DNA of 64,000 nt from an archaeon (lineage in GTDB: Archaea; Iainarchaeota; Iainarchaeia; Iainarchaeales; JAAZKV01). The notes beneath the pieces are model-generated. The model was not told the origin of the DNA and did not search any database. It saw only the letters and a program-made list of their open reading frames with translations. The position numbers were made by a program, and so were the translations under genes. Each line of letters starts with the position of its first letter. Within the stretch, counting starts at the first letter, position 1. Below, piece by piece: positions 20,710-30,977 of the stretch. The stretch covers positions 70,545 through 134,544 of the forward strand of contig JBAZFU010000001.1 in the NCBI GenBank assembly GCA_041653195.1, given 5' to 3'.

Positions 20710-21748
20710 AGGACAAATAACTACGATTGACTTCCTAATTTCAATGGCCCTTGTAATTTTCTGCGTTGGGGCAATAATGGGTTTTGCAGAACTTCAAACC
20801 TACAAAATAAAATCCGAAATAAAAGAAAACGCTCTCGTGGAAAAAGCGGACGCCGCACTCATAGTTCTTGCAAGCGGGACTGAGACGGGCTGCCTTTTGG
20901 GCGATCATAATCTTGCATATTCTTTCAATACAAGCGTTGCGAATATGAGCGACGCGGAATTAAAAAAAATATTTGGAATAGGCGCAAACGAAGATTATAA
21001 TCTCGAACTTAAAGTTGGAGAAACCACAATAATTAGCGAACAATTGAACGGAAAAAATATTATTGCGACCGATATAAACCTGCTCGTCTGCAATAATCCA
21101 AATATAAGCGGGCCAATAAGTCTTTGGCGCCTAAACAATAACACAAACGACAGCAATATCCAAACAATGAACAATCTGTTAAGCAACACTGCGAATTGGG
21201 TTACTGGAAAAGACGGCAACGCGTTAAAGTTCAATGGCGCAAACGATTATGCTGAAAAACCCAATGCATCAAAGTTGCCTCTTGGCAATGGCGCAAGAAC
21301 AATTGCACTGTGGATAAAACCAAAAATAGTTGGAACTGACCAAGGGATTATAGGCTACGGCAACAGCGGCGAAGTTTTTGCAATAATAATAAGCGCGAAT
21401 AAATGGGCACTCTTCACAGGCACAAATACTTCAACATTTGGCAACCCGATAATTACCGAAAAATGGTATCAGATTGTTTTAACATACGGGGGCGGGAACG
21501 ATGTGAACACATATGTTAACGGAGAATTTAAACAAACTGTTTCTCTCGGCGGCATTCCATTGAACACTGCCAACTCCAATTTGACAATTGGGAGATTTAC
21601 TACAAGCACTGACAAATATTTCAACGGAACACTAGACGAAATCAGCATTTGGAGCAGGGCTCTAAGCCAAGAAGAAATAAGGACACTTTATCTTGCAAAT
21701 TTGTACGAAGTAACGCGCGAAAAGGCAGTTTTAAAGGTGAGCGGATGA
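20702..21748 (+). CDS. Pilin-like protein with LamG/ConA-like lectin domain
   Basis: KGQITTIDFLI signal; GNALKFNG, TIALWIKP, YFNGTLDEISIWSRALSQEEI are typical of LamG. Confidence 0.85.
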   Translation: MNKGQITTIDFLISMALVIFCVGAIMGFAELQTYKIKSEIKENALVEKADAALIVLASGTETGCLLGDHNLAYSFNTSVANMSDAELKKIFGIGANEDYNLELKVGETTIISEQLNGKNIIATDINLLVCNNPNISGPISLWRLNNNTNDSNIQTMNNLLSNTANWVTGKDGNALKFNGANDYAEKPNASKLPLGNGARTIALWIKPKIVGTDQGIIGYGNSGEVFAIIISANKWALFTGTNTSTFGNPIITEKWYQIVLTYGGGNDVNTYVNGEFKQTVSLGGIPLNTANSNLTIGRFTTSTDKYFNGTLDEISIWSRALSQEEIRTLYLANLYEVTREKAVLKVSG

Positions 21749-22029
21749 AAAAAAACTGCGGATTCATATTTTCAGCAGAAGCACTGATTTCGATAGCATT
21801 GCTTATTGTAGCAGCAACAATCATAATCAATGCTTCGCAAAGCGCCGATAACTACCAGAAAAACTTTTTCAAACAGCGCGCCGAAAACGATGCTGCAATG
21901 GGAGTTTATTTCAATGATTCTAACAAAATTCCAACAGGTTTAGAGAATAATATTTCCTGCAAAAAAATCACCGATTACAATTCAGATGCAAAAGTTTTTG
22001 AAAAAGAATTTTGTGAGGGTGCGCAATGA
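21745..22029 (+). CDS. Minor pilin-like protein
   Basis: MKKNCGFIFSAEALISIALL. Confidence 0.7.
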   Translation: MKKNCGFIFSAEALISIALLIVAATIIINASQSADNYQKNFFKQRAENDAAMGVYFNDSNKIPTGLENNISCKKITDYNSDAKVFEKEFCEGAQ

Positions 22030-22427
22030 AAAAAAACTTTAACAGGGGCTTCGCATCAGTACTCGCAATACTGGCAGTGTTCACCGTTGCAATAATCTTA
22101 TTGAATCGGAGTTATCAGGAAACAAGTTCGCCAGATTTCAAAGGCAACTTTTCCGAAACAGCACTCTTCCTAACGACCTACGAGCTTAGCATTGAACGGG
22201 CAATCTCAGACTGCGACCCAATCAGAAATACTAACACTTGTTTAACAGACTATAATGATCAAATAATCGCCTCAAGCGCGCCAAAAAATACTCATTGCCG
22301 AACATTTTTCTCAGATGAAGCGAACAACAGAATCCGAATAATACTTGACTGCACTACACTCGTCGAAGACGACAAATCAATAGTTTTTAGAAATCAATTC
22401 AGAAAAACGTTTTTCATAACCAGATAG
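22026..22427 (+). CDS. Minor pilin-like protein
   Basis: NRGFASVLAILAV signal; coupled to the previous gene. Confidence 0.7.
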   Translation: MKKNFNRGFASVLAILAVFTVAIILLNRSYQETSSPDFKGNFSETALFLTTYELSIERAISDCDPIRNTNTCLTDYNDQIIASSAPKNTHCRTFFSDEANNRIRIILDCTTLVEDDKSIVFRNQFRKTFFITR

Positions 22428-22499
22428 GCTGAATAAAAAAAAACAGACAATTTTAGTTATTTTAATAGTTTTAAAACACTTTTCCTTCGTGTTTAGTTT

Positions 22500-24257
22500 A
22501 TGAACTCGAAAAAAAGGATTGCTGCAATCGATTACGATAAATGCAACCATGAGAAGTGCGGCAATTATTTGTGCGAAAAACTCTGCCCTGTGAACCGCAC
22601 CGGAAAAAAATGCATAACTTACGAAAAAGGAGAAAAACCAAAAATTTCGGAAGAATTATGCATAGGCTGTGAAATTTGCCAAAACAGGTGCCCCTTCGAA
22701 GCAATAAGCATAGTCAACATAAACTTTGATTTGGGCGAACCGACACATTCATTCGGCGAGAACAATTTCAGGCTCCACGGCTTGCCTCTTCCAAAAGAAA
22801 AAAATGTGATGGGGCTTGTTGGAAGAAACGGAATTGGAAAAACCACTTCGCTAAAAATCCTTTCAGGAGAAATAATTCCAAATTTTGGAGATGAAGAGAC
22901 TGAAAAGGAAAAAGTGATAATGCATTATAAGGGGAAGGATGCTCAAAAATTTTTTAAAAAACTTTACTCTGAAAAAGGGTTCACAACGGCAGTTAAACCC
23001 CAAAACATAGAAAAAATAAAAACAAGCGGAAAAGTAATCGACCTTTTAAAAAAAATTGCGCCGGAAGAAAAAGTCCGCGAAACGGCGAAAAAACTAAAAA
23101 TTGAAGAAATACTTGAAAGAGATTCAAGCAGCCTTTCGGGCGGAGAATTTCAAAAGATAGCTATTGCCGCAACAGGACTCAAAGAAGCGAACCTTTACTT
23201 CTTCGACGAACCAACTTCCTTTTTAGATATTCGAGAAAGATTAAGGGTTGCAGAATACATAAGAAAATTAGCAGAAAAATCAGAAGTAATAGTTGTTGAA
23301 CACGACTTGATACTGCTCGATTATCTAAGCGATTACATTTATCTCATGTACGGAAAACCCGGCGTCTACGGATTTATCTCCCAATTGAAAACAACAAGAG
23401 AGGGAATAAATTCCTACCTTGAAGGTTACTCAAAAGAGGAAAATTATCGCTTCAGAGGATATGAAATAAATTTTTTCGGACACGGCGGAGAAGAAAGAAA
23501 GAAAAGCGGTGAAACTATTATAAGCTGGCCCACCATCGAAAAAAAACTTGGAAACTTCAAATTAAAAGTAAAAGAAAACTCTGTGAAAAAAAACGAAGTA
23601 ATAGGAATAGTCGGACCAAACGGAATAGGAAAAACAACGCTGATGAAAATTTTAGCGGGCGAACTAAGCCCCGATAACACTTCGCTTGAAACAAGGGTAA
23701 AAATATCCTACAAACCGCAATATCTGTCATATTCAGGAGAAAAAAAAGTTGCCGATTTATTTGAGAATGCAGATTTTGAAAAAGTGCGGGCGGAACTATT
23801 AAAACCACTTGAACTCGAATCTTTGCTTGAAAAAAAAGCGAAAAATCTTTCCGGCGGAGAGACGCAACGGCTCTCAATCGCGCTTTGCCTAAACAAAAAA
23901 GCCGACATATACCTGCTCGACGAGCCGTCAGCATACCTTGACATCGAACAAAGACTATCCGTCGCAAAAGTAATCAAAACCCAAATGGATGTAAAAGACT
24001 GTTCAGCAATTGTAATTGATCACGACCTGACATTCATTGATTACATAAGCGACAAGCTAATTGTTTTCACAGGAGAACCATCCATAGAGGGAATGGCAGA
24101 CGGCCCATTTTCCATGCGTGAAGGAATGAACAAACTACTGACCTATTTGGGAATAACCGTTAGACGGGACAAAGACACTAAAAGACCCAGAATAAACAAA
24201 ATCGGTTCGGTGCTGGATAGGGAACAGAAACAAAAAGGCGAATACTATTACGCATAA
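22500..24257 (+). CDS. rli: Ribosome recycling ATPase ABCE1/RLI
   Basis: N-terminal Fe-S Cys motifs, two ABC domains (GRNGIGKT, GPNGIGKT, LSGGE), RPRINK...DREQK. Confidence 0.96.
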   Translation: MNSKKRIAAIDYDKCNHEKCGNYLCEKLCPVNRTGKKCITYEKGEKPKISEELCIGCEICQNRCPFEAISIVNINFDLGEPTHSFGENNFRLHGLPLPKEKNVMGLVGRNGIGKTTSLKILSGEIIPNFGDEETEKEKVIMHYKGKDAQKFFKKLYSEKGFTTAVKPQNIEKIKTSGKVIDLLKKIAPEEKVRETAKKLKIEEILERDSSSLSGGEFQKIAIAATGLKEANLYFFDEPTSFLDIRERLRVAEYIRKLAEKSEVIVVEHDLILLDYLSDYIYLMYGKPGVYGFISQLKTTREGINSYLEGYSKEENYRFRGYEINFFGHGGEERKKSGETIISWPTIEKKLGNFKLKVKENSVKKNEVIGIVGPNGIGKTTLMKILAGELSPDNTSLETRVKISYKPQYLSYSGEKKVADLFENADFEKVRAELLKPLELESLLEKKAKNLSGGETQRLSIALCLNKKADIYLLDEPSAYLDIEQRLSVAKVIKTQMDVKDCSAIVIDHDLTFIDYISDKLIVFTGEPSIEGMADGPFSMREGMNKLLTYLGITVRRDKDTKRPRINKIGSVLDREQKQKGEYYYA

Positions 24258-24287
24258 AATGAATCGACAACGGGAAAAAAATAATGC

Positions 24288-24686
24288 CTACGAAAAAAGC
24301 GCTCTTCTGGAGGAAGGCGCTAACATTCCAGGCTTTATTTTTTTCATGAAAAAATATTTGAACTCCGAATGCTCATCACCCACCAAAACTTTTCCTTTTA
24401 TCTTGCATGAAAATACCATCAACAAAAACTTTCCCTTTGCCCCGTTAAAAGTGACAGCATAGGGCGCTACTTTTTCAAGCCTCAAGGCGAAACACTTGCA
24501 ACAAATTTCTTCCAAAATTTCTCTTGTAATAGCACTGTTAAAATCCTCCCCGAATTCAACTTTTCCGCCCGGAAGCTGCCACTTTCCGACAAAATTTTTG
24601 TTATTTTTGCTGCGTTTCAAAAGAAGAATTTTTCCGCGCGAATCCTTTATTATCGCTTCAACCAGAGCTATTTTTCTGCTGACCAT
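24288..24686 (-). CDS. Nudix hydrolase
   Basis: WQLPGGKVEFGEDFNSAITREILEE Nudix box; start moved to MVSRK because the longer ORF overlaps pelota. Confidence 0.88.
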   Translation of the reverse strand: MVSRKIALVEAIIKDSRGKILLLKRSKNNKNFVGKWQLPGGKVEFGEDFNSAITREILEEICCKCFALRLEKVAPYAVTFNGAKGKFLLMVFSCKIKGKVLVGDEHSEFKYFFMKKIKPGMLAPSSRRALFS

Positions 24687-24737
24687 TGAAATAGATAAGC
24701 TGAAAGGCTTTATAACTTTTTTTGAGACAATTAAATT

Positions 24738-25772
24738 ATGCGAATAATAAAAATAGACCAGAAAAACGGCGAAATAAGGGTTATTCCACAAACCATGGAT
24801 GACCTCTGGCACTTGGAAAAAATAATTGAGAAAGGCGACATCGCAATTGGAAAAACCGACAGAAAAATAAAACCTAAAAACGAGGGCGAAAAAGCGGAGA
24901 GAAAAACAATCTTCGTCGAAATACTTATCGAAGAGGTTCGATTCCAAGAATTCAGCGAAAACTTAAAAATAAACGGAATAATAATTGCAGGAAAACCGGA
25001 AGAACTAATAGAACTAAAAAGTTACCAAAGCCTCGACATAAAACCCGGGGACTTCGTAACTATAAGAAAAAAATCTCTAAAAAAATGGCACATTGAAAGA
25101 CTTTTTAGCGCGGAAAGGGCGAGTGCTGAAGCAACCCTTCTTGTTGCACTAATGGACGATGAAGAATGCGAACTCGCATTCGTAAACCAGTTTTCACTAA
25201 ACATAAAAGCGAAAATACTTTCAAAAAAACAGGGAAAAATGTTCAAAGAAGAAAAAAGCCCCTACTTCGAAGAAGTACTCGCCAAAATAATCGACCTAAA
25301 ACCAAAAAAAATTTTGATCGCGGGACCGGGCTTCACCAGAGACAATTTTAGAAAGTTCATCGAAAACAAAAAAATAAAAAATGCCCCGAAAATATTTGTG
25401 GAAAGCACAAACTCCATAGGCGAACCGGGTTTCAGAGAACTGCTCGCAAGCGGAAAAATAGCTGCACTTGAAAAAGAACTGCAAATTGCAATCGAAACAA
25501 AACTGATCGAAGAATTTCTTGAAAAAATTTCAAAAGGGCTTGCGGAATATGGGCCGGAAAAAGTGCAGGAAATGCTAAAAATTGGCGCTGCCGAAAAAAT
25601 GCTTATCAGTGAAAAATATTTACTGGAAAATAGAAAAAAATGCGAAAATTTGATGGACGCTGCGGAAAAAAATGGAAGCGAAATTCATATAATATCCTCA
25701 AAAAATCCGAATGAAAAGCAAATACACGGATTCGGAGGAATCGTTGTCACCCTCAGATACAAAATGGAATAG
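24738..25772 (+). CDS. pelA: mRNA surveillance protein pelota (aDom34)
   Basis: DDLWHL, AGPGFTR, YGPEKV, FGGIVVTLRY. Confidence 0.94.
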   Translation: MRIIKIDQKNGEIRVIPQTMDDLWHLEKIIEKGDIAIGKTDRKIKPKNEGEKAERKTIFVEILIEEVRFQEFSENLKINGIIIAGKPEELIELKSYQSLDIKPGDFVTIRKKSLKKWHIERLFSAERASAEATLLVALMDDEECELAFVNQFSLNIKAKILSKKQGKMFKEEKSPYFEEVLAKIIDLKPKKILIAGPGFTRDNFRKFIENKKIKNAPKIFVESTNSIGEPGFRELLASGKIAALEKELQIAIETKLIEEFLEKISKGLAEYGPEKVQEMLKIGAAEKMLISEKYLLENRKKCENLMDAAEKNGSEIHIISSKNPNEKQIHGFGGIVVTLRYKME

Positions 25773-25792
25773 CAAGAAAGAAAACTCGCAAA

Positions 25793-26140
25793 CTAAAAAG
25801 TTCTAATCCCGTCGCCGGCAATAACAATAAACTCATACTTTGCGTCCGCGTCTTTTAATGCGGCCAAAAGAGCAAGATGCTCTTTTCCGGAACCGGAAAT
25901 AATTGAAACTTTTATATTTCCTTTTGGAAGATTTTTTTTAATCTCCTCTTTTATAACATCAAAACCTGCCCTGTTGTTAACCATTACCCAGTTGGCCTGC
26001 TTATCGGTTTTAAAATTTTCTTTACCCCACTCATTCGAAATCAAAACAACTTCTTCAAATTGCTTTTCATCAATAAGACGCTTGACATGCCCCCATGTGC
26101 CTTTTCCGATTCCCAAAACCGCTATTAAAGAGTCACCCAT
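25793..26140 (-). CDS. Conserved hypothetical protein
   Basis: LGIGKGTWGHV and SGSGKEH motifs; family not recognised. Confidence 0.7.
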   Translation of the reverse strand: MGDSLIAVLGIGKGTWGHVKRLIDEKQFEEVVLISNEWGKENFKTDKQANWVMVNNRAGFDVIKEEIKKNLPKGNIKVSIISGSGKEHLALLAALKDADAKYEFIVIAGDGIRTF

Positions 26141-26278
26141 AAAAATCAACAAATCTTTTCAAATTCAACCCGATTCACGCAAAAATTTTTGAACCCGACA
26201 AAAATTATTGAAAAAATAACAATTAAAAAACAACCGCAAAAAAAAGTAATTTATACATAACTGTTTTTTGTTGAAATG

Positions 26279-27874
26279 TCAAACTAATTTCTTCGAAACA
26301 TAATGCCCGTCATTTTTGTAACCAAAATTTTTCCTATAATACTCCTTAACCCCCAAACCTGAAATGACCACTATTTTGTTAGAATCAAATCTTTCTTTGG
26401 CGATTTTTTCAGCTTCGAACATTAATTTTTTTCCAACTCCGCGATGTTGCGTACTTTTATCGCTTCTTTTTCCCAGAGGAAGAGCTTTTCCATAGACATG
26501 CAATTCGCGAACCAAGGCTGTTTTTGATCCAATTTCTTTTCTAAACGGCTCAAATGGTTTTCTAAGCCGAATAAATCCGAATAAATCATTTTTTGATTCA
26601 AATGAAACAAAAGCCTCTTCTCCTTTGCTTGCCCCGTAAAATTCCGCTTTTATTTTTGCATCCGAAAAATTTGTTTTCCCATCCCGCTGCCTCAGGCCGG
26701 CCTCTCTGCAACGAATGCAATTGCATTTCATTCCGTGCGCACGAAGTTCCTCCTGCACAAGCTGCCTCAAATTAGTTTTACTAACTCCTGCTGAAATAAT
26801 GTTTCCGGGAATATCTCGATTAACGCGCATAACTCTTACCCAATTTGGAAGCTCTGATTTTAGTTGAGCCAGAAGCTTAGCCGCTTCAGTTTCTTCCATC
26901 GGAGAAAAATTTCCCCCCTTCCAATCATCATACAATTTTGTCCCTTTAATTACAAGACACGGATAAAATTTTACCATATCCGGCTTAAACCCATCCTCGG
27001 AAAATATTTTTCGAAAATTTTTTAGATCACGAGAATAACTGCTGCCAGGCAAACCCGGCATTAAATGATAAAGGACCTTGAAGGCAGAATCCTTCAGCAT
27101 GCGCGTAGACTCCACAACATCAGAAACCGAGTGGCCGCGATTAATTTTTTTATAAATTTCATCATCAGGGTTTTGAACGCCCAACTCAACACGCGTCCCG
27201 CCAAGAGAAAGCATCCTGTCAATTTCGTCTTTTCCGCACAAATCGGGCCTGGTTTCAAAGGTAATTCCAATCACTCTGCGTTTAGAAGTTTCAGCTTTTC
27301 GAAAAGAATCTGAAATATTTTTTGACTTTGAACCAAAAACCGCATCAACTGACTTTTTCACAACAGAAGTTTGTGCAGTTTTTGGCATCGCGGTAAAAGA
27401 ACTTCCTTGAAAAATCAACTCGATTTTTTCGGCAAAATTGCCAGTGGCATCAAGCTGCTGAATCCTATTCGAAACAATTTTGTAAGGATCATAATTGAGG
27501 CGTTGCGCACGCAAAGCACTGGGTTCAAATCCGGTATAAGACTTCGGAGATTCCCTGCCACCTAATGATGAAGGACAATAAGAACATTTTCCCGGACAGG
27601 GAAAGGGCTTAAGCATCACAGCCACTACCTGCACTCCTGAAAGGGCCCTGGTCGGTTTTATTGAAAGCAAAGAAAGCACTTTTTTTGAAGGCTTTTTTGA
27701 ACAAGAAAGCACAAAAGGGTTTGACGGCATCTCGCTTAATCCCAGACACTTGCTCCAAAAGAACCTTCTCAATGCGAGCTGGCGATGAGAAGAAATTTTT
27801 CCTGAACCGATTTCCCTCAAAATTTTTTTCGCAAAAACTCTGTCCCTATCTGAATTTGTTTTTTTGAAACCCAT
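26279..27874 (-). CDS. elp3: Elp3 tRNA U34 carboxymethylation radical SAM/GNAT enzyme
   Basis: PCPGKCSYCP, ITFETRPD, VELGVQ, CNCIRCRE, RELHVYG, QHRGVG. Confidence 0.95.
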   Translation of the reverse strand: MGFKKTNSDRDRVFAKKILREIGSGKISSHRQLALRRFFWSKCLGLSEMPSNPFVLSCSKKPSKKVLSLLSIKPTRALSGVQVVAVMLKPFPCPGKCSYCPSSLGGRESPKSYTGFEPSALRAQRLNYDPYKIVSNRIQQLDATGNFAEKIELIFQGSSFTAMPKTAQTSVVKKSVDAVFGSKSKNISDSFRKAETSKRRVIGITFETRPDLCGKDEIDRMLSLGGTRVELGVQNPDDEIYKKINRGHSVSDVVESTRMLKDSAFKVLYHLMPGLPGSSYSRDLKNFRKIFSEDGFKPDMVKFYPCLVIKGTKLYDDWKGGNFSPMEETEAAKLLAQLKSELPNWVRVMRVNRDIPGNIISAGVSKTNLRQLVQEELRAHGMKCNCIRCREAGLRQRDGKTNFSDAKIKAEFYGASKGEEAFVSFESKNDLFGFIRLRKPFEPFRKEIGSKTALVRELHVYGKALPLGKRSDKSTQHRGVGKKLMFEAEKIAKERFDSNKIVVISGLGVKEYYRKNFGYKNDGHYVSKKLV

Positions 27875-27898
27875 AAAAATTAGTTTGAATAAATGTAA

Positions 27899-28681
27899 TT
27901 AAAAAAGCAAGGAAAGCAAACTATTCAAAAGATAACTTGGAAAAAGCGAAAAAGAATAAAAAGGAAGCCCATAAAAAGCAGAATTAAATTTGCTGAAAAT
28001 TGTAGGCAAAACATTTATCGAAGAATTAAACACACTTGATTTGTTGGAATAATCCACAATAAAATCAAACTGCCTTTTGCCCTGAACGGGCGCGTTAACT
28101 AAAAGCAACTCTATCTTCGAAGACCTTTTTGGGACCAAAACATCTGCTTTAGAAAACCATTCCTTTGAAAGTGAAGAAGACACCGAAAAAACAGCGTCAA
28201 CATCAGACTTGTTAACAAAAACAAATTCATAACCGGCTGGAGAATTTGCATAAGTTGTTTTTGAAAACCCATTCATCGAAGTCGAAAGTAATTCATTTTC
28301 AACCAAAAAATAAACATTCGCAATGTCTTTTTCGCCGGAAGAACCTGCTTTTAAAAATTCTATTGAAAGCGCGTTCCTCCAATTAACCTCTTCCTTCGGG
28401 ACAGTTATGAAAATTTTAAATGCCTCCAATTCCTCCGTTACAACAAAAGAATATTCTTCCGGGAGCGCGGTCAACAAATTAACTTCCGAATATTTGCCAT
28501 TCTCTTTTGAAAAAATAAGCTCAAGAGTGCCGCCCGGATAAACTTTTCCAACTAAATCATCCCCTTCAAGGACCTTCGACTCCGGTTCAATAAGCCTAAC
28601 GGCGAAAACATTGGAAGCCGCCAAAATCACAAAGAGAAAAACCGAAAACAGCGCAAGAGACTTTTTAAACATTACAACCAC
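27899..28681 (-). CDS. Secreted or membrane-anchored hypothetical protein
   Basis: Signal-peptide-like N-terminus and hydrophobic C-terminus. Confidence 0.7.
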   Translation of the reverse strand: MVVMFKKSLALFSVFLFVILAASNVFAVRLIEPESKVLEGDDLVGKVYPGGTLELIFSKENGKYSEVNLLTALPEEYSFVVTEELEAFKIFITVPKEEVNWRNALSIEFLKAGSSGEKDIANVYFLVENELLSTSMNGFSKTTYANSPAGYEFVFVNKSDVDAVFSVSSSLSKEWFSKADVLVPKRSSKIELLLVNAPVQGKRQFDFIVDYSNKSSVFNSSINVLPTIFSKFNSAFYGLPFYSFSLFPSYLLNSLLSLLF

Positions 28682-28723
28682 TTATTTGAATAATTAACAG
28701 CTAATAATAAAAAGGTTGGTTTT

Positions 28724-29323
28724 ATGAAAAACGCTGGCGAAGAAAGCAGATTCAAAATGACAAAAACACATCACCGAGAAACCTTCGAAAAGTCTCTAAG
28801 GGAAGGAAAAATGGACAAGGACTTCATCCCCCTCTGCAAGTACGTTGCAAAAACAAAAAACTATTTCACATCAAGCGGATGCGCAGGAAGAATCGCCCTT
28901 GTCGCTCTCGACGAGGAAGAAACAAAAAAAGAAAGCGCGTTCTATAGGAAATGGCACAGAAAAGTAAGTGAAAAAGAAGTAATTGAGGCGGTAAAAAAAT
29001 TTGAAGGAAAAATTCTGTGGTTCAAGCAGGAACCGCTGATACTGCATATCGGTGCAGGAACTCTTGAAAATGCGAAAAAAATATTGTCTGCATCGGAACG
29101 GGCGGGAATAAAACGAGCCGGAATAAAAGTCGCAAAAGAGGGAAAATTTATTATTGAAATGGTCGGCACACAAAACATAAATGCACCAATAAAAGAAAAC
29201 GGAAAAATGCTTGCAAACGAAGAGTTTTTGAAATACCTGGTGAAAAAAGCAAACCAAAAGTTTTTGAAAAATCTTGAAACCATTAAAAAATTCGAAAAAG
29301 AATTTAAAAAAAATTTAAAATAA
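28724..29323 (+). CDS. taw3: tRNA wyosine methyltransferase Taw3/TYW3
   Basis: YFTSSGCAGRI, KWH, EPLILHI motifs. Confidence 0.88.
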   Translation: MKNAGEESRFKMTKTHHRETFEKSLREGKMDKDFIPLCKYVAKTKNYFTSSGCAGRIALVALDEEETKKESAFYRKWHRKVSEKEVIEAVKKFEGKILWFKQEPLILHIGAGTLENAKKILSASERAGIKRAGIKVAKEGKFIIEMVGTQNINAPIKENGKMLANEEFLKYLVKKANQKFLKNLETIKKFEKEFKKNLK

Positions 29324-29373
29324 TCAAAAAATGCACGCGATTTATTCAATGCCAAAAAAATATTTGAAAAAAA

Positions 29374-30912
29374 TCAGCTGAAATGCTTTGAAACAAGCGA
29401 AAGCACCTTATTCGGTTGGAAATAATAGTCCTGAATAACTTCAAGAACCTCTTCCGGCTTTCTTATTTTCTTTTCAAACATCCACTCAAGAATTTTTTGG
29501 CGCATCAAAATTTCCTGCTTTAACTCGTTTTTTGAAATCGCGTTGGAGTTGGCCATCTTCTCAATTATGCCGCTGGGCAAATCCGTTTTCTTGACAACAT
29601 TCGCAGTTTTATCCCACTCAAAAATATTCGCAAGCAAAACCCTGCTCTCCATCCTAGAAACTTCTGCAACCTCTAAAACATTTCTCTGCATTCCACCACT
29701 GCCCGAATGGTGTCTGCCAAGCACAACAATTAAATCGATGAGCGGGAGGAGCGCCTGAGGAACAGACATTGGAGGCTCCTGCAAACGAATAATAGCTTCT
29801 CGAGCATCATTAGCATGAATTGTCCCCATAACCCCATCATGACCGGTATCCATCGCAATAAACATTGTAAGCGCTTCATTGCCCCTAACTTCCCCCACAA
29901 GTATCCTGTCCGGACGCATTCTCAAAGAATTCTTTAACAAATCATTCATCGAAACTTCTTCATCAACAGAACTTCTTGCTTCCAAAGGAACCCAATTCTT
30001 TCTATCCAAAAGAGAAAGCTCTAAAGTGTCTTCAATTGAAACAATTCTATTATTTATTCGAATAAAATTAGCTAAAACATTAAGGAAAGTAGTTTTTCCT
30101 GTTGCAGTTCCTCCAGTTATCAAAATATTTGCAGGAGAAACATCGAACCCGTCAACCATTGCCCACAAAAAAGCTGCTAACTCGAAATTAAGAGTTCCGG
30201 ATTCAATCAAATCAATAACTGTAAGCGGAATAGGCGAAAATTTTCTTATTGTCAAAGAAATTCCACGCGGAGAAACATCACTAAAAGTCGCATTGACCCT
30301 GCTCCCGTCCGGCAAGCGCGCATCAAGCAAAGGGCTCTTCGAATCAAATTTTTTCCCGACACTTGAAGCAACTCTTTGAAGAATCACTCCAAAAGATTTT
30401 TCATCAATGGCCATGCTCGCCTTGCACATACCATACTGCTTATGAAAAACAAAAACATTATCCATCCCGTTAACCATCAGCTCTTCCAACGAATCATCCA
30501 ACAAAAAAAAAGCAAACTGCTTCAAACCAATAGAATTTTGAAGAACAACGCCTGCAAAAAGTTCCTTGTTGGAAACAAAATTTATTTGATTGAGGCATTT
30601 CACCAGTGCATTGAAAAGATCAGAAAAAACTTTATTTGAAGGAAGCTTCTCAAGAAGCGAATTTATTTCAACAATAGAAATTACTTCCTCCCTGAACGCT
30701 GTCGAAAATTCTTCGCCCGCACCTTCAAAATCGGAAAGTTCCTTAAATGAAGCTTTTCTTTGAATTACTCTTTCAAGCAAATCCATGAAAGCCTGCTCCG
30801 CTCCGGCAAAAGGCATCTGCGCAACTTCGTAAAAATTCTGAGGAAACCCCTCATAAACATCCCCAAACGGAGAAGAGGAAAGCTTTTTCCCTTTAGATTC
30901 GTTAAGAGTCAT
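29374..30912 (-). CDS. Second CpaF/VirB11-family secretion ATPase
   Basis: DARLPDGSRVNA, GGTATGKTT, LRMRPDRILVGEVR, GTIHAN. Confidence 0.93.
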   Translation of the reverse strand: MTLNESKGKKLSSSPFGDVYEGFPQNFYEVAQMPFAGAEQAFMDLLERVIQRKASFKELSDFEGAGEEFSTAFREEVISIVEINSLLEKLPSNKVFSDLFNALVKCLNQINFVSNKELFAGVVLQNSIGLKQFAFFLLDDSLEELMVNGMDNVFVFHKQYGMCKASMAIDEKSFGVILQRVASSVGKKFDSKSPLLDARLPDGSRVNATFSDVSPRGISLTIRKFSPIPLTVIDLIESGTLNFELAAFLWAMVDGFDVSPANILITGGTATGKTTFLNVLANFIRINNRIVSIEDTLELSLLDRKNWVPLEARSSVDEEVSMNDLLKNSLRMRPDRILVGEVRGNEALTMFIAMDTGHDGVMGTIHANDAREAIIRLQEPPMSVPQALLPLIDLIVVLGRHHSGSGGMQRNVLEVAEVSRMESRVLLANIFEWDKTANVVKKTDLPSGIIEKMANSNAISKNELKQEILMRQKILEWMFEKKIRKPEEVLEVIQDYYFQPNKVLSLVSKHFS

Positions 30913-30977
30913 AAAAACGTCGCTTATATATAAGGAAAAGTAGTATAATAATTTTAGTCTTATAAAAAAGTGGTAAC

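Noticed and set aside
10548..30912. Conjugation (T4SS) or archaellum system, based on the VirB11-like ATPases
   Set aside because: The context is TadB/C-like platforms, class III pilins and an A24 peptidase. No VirB4/VirD4, archaellin or FlaH genes are present.
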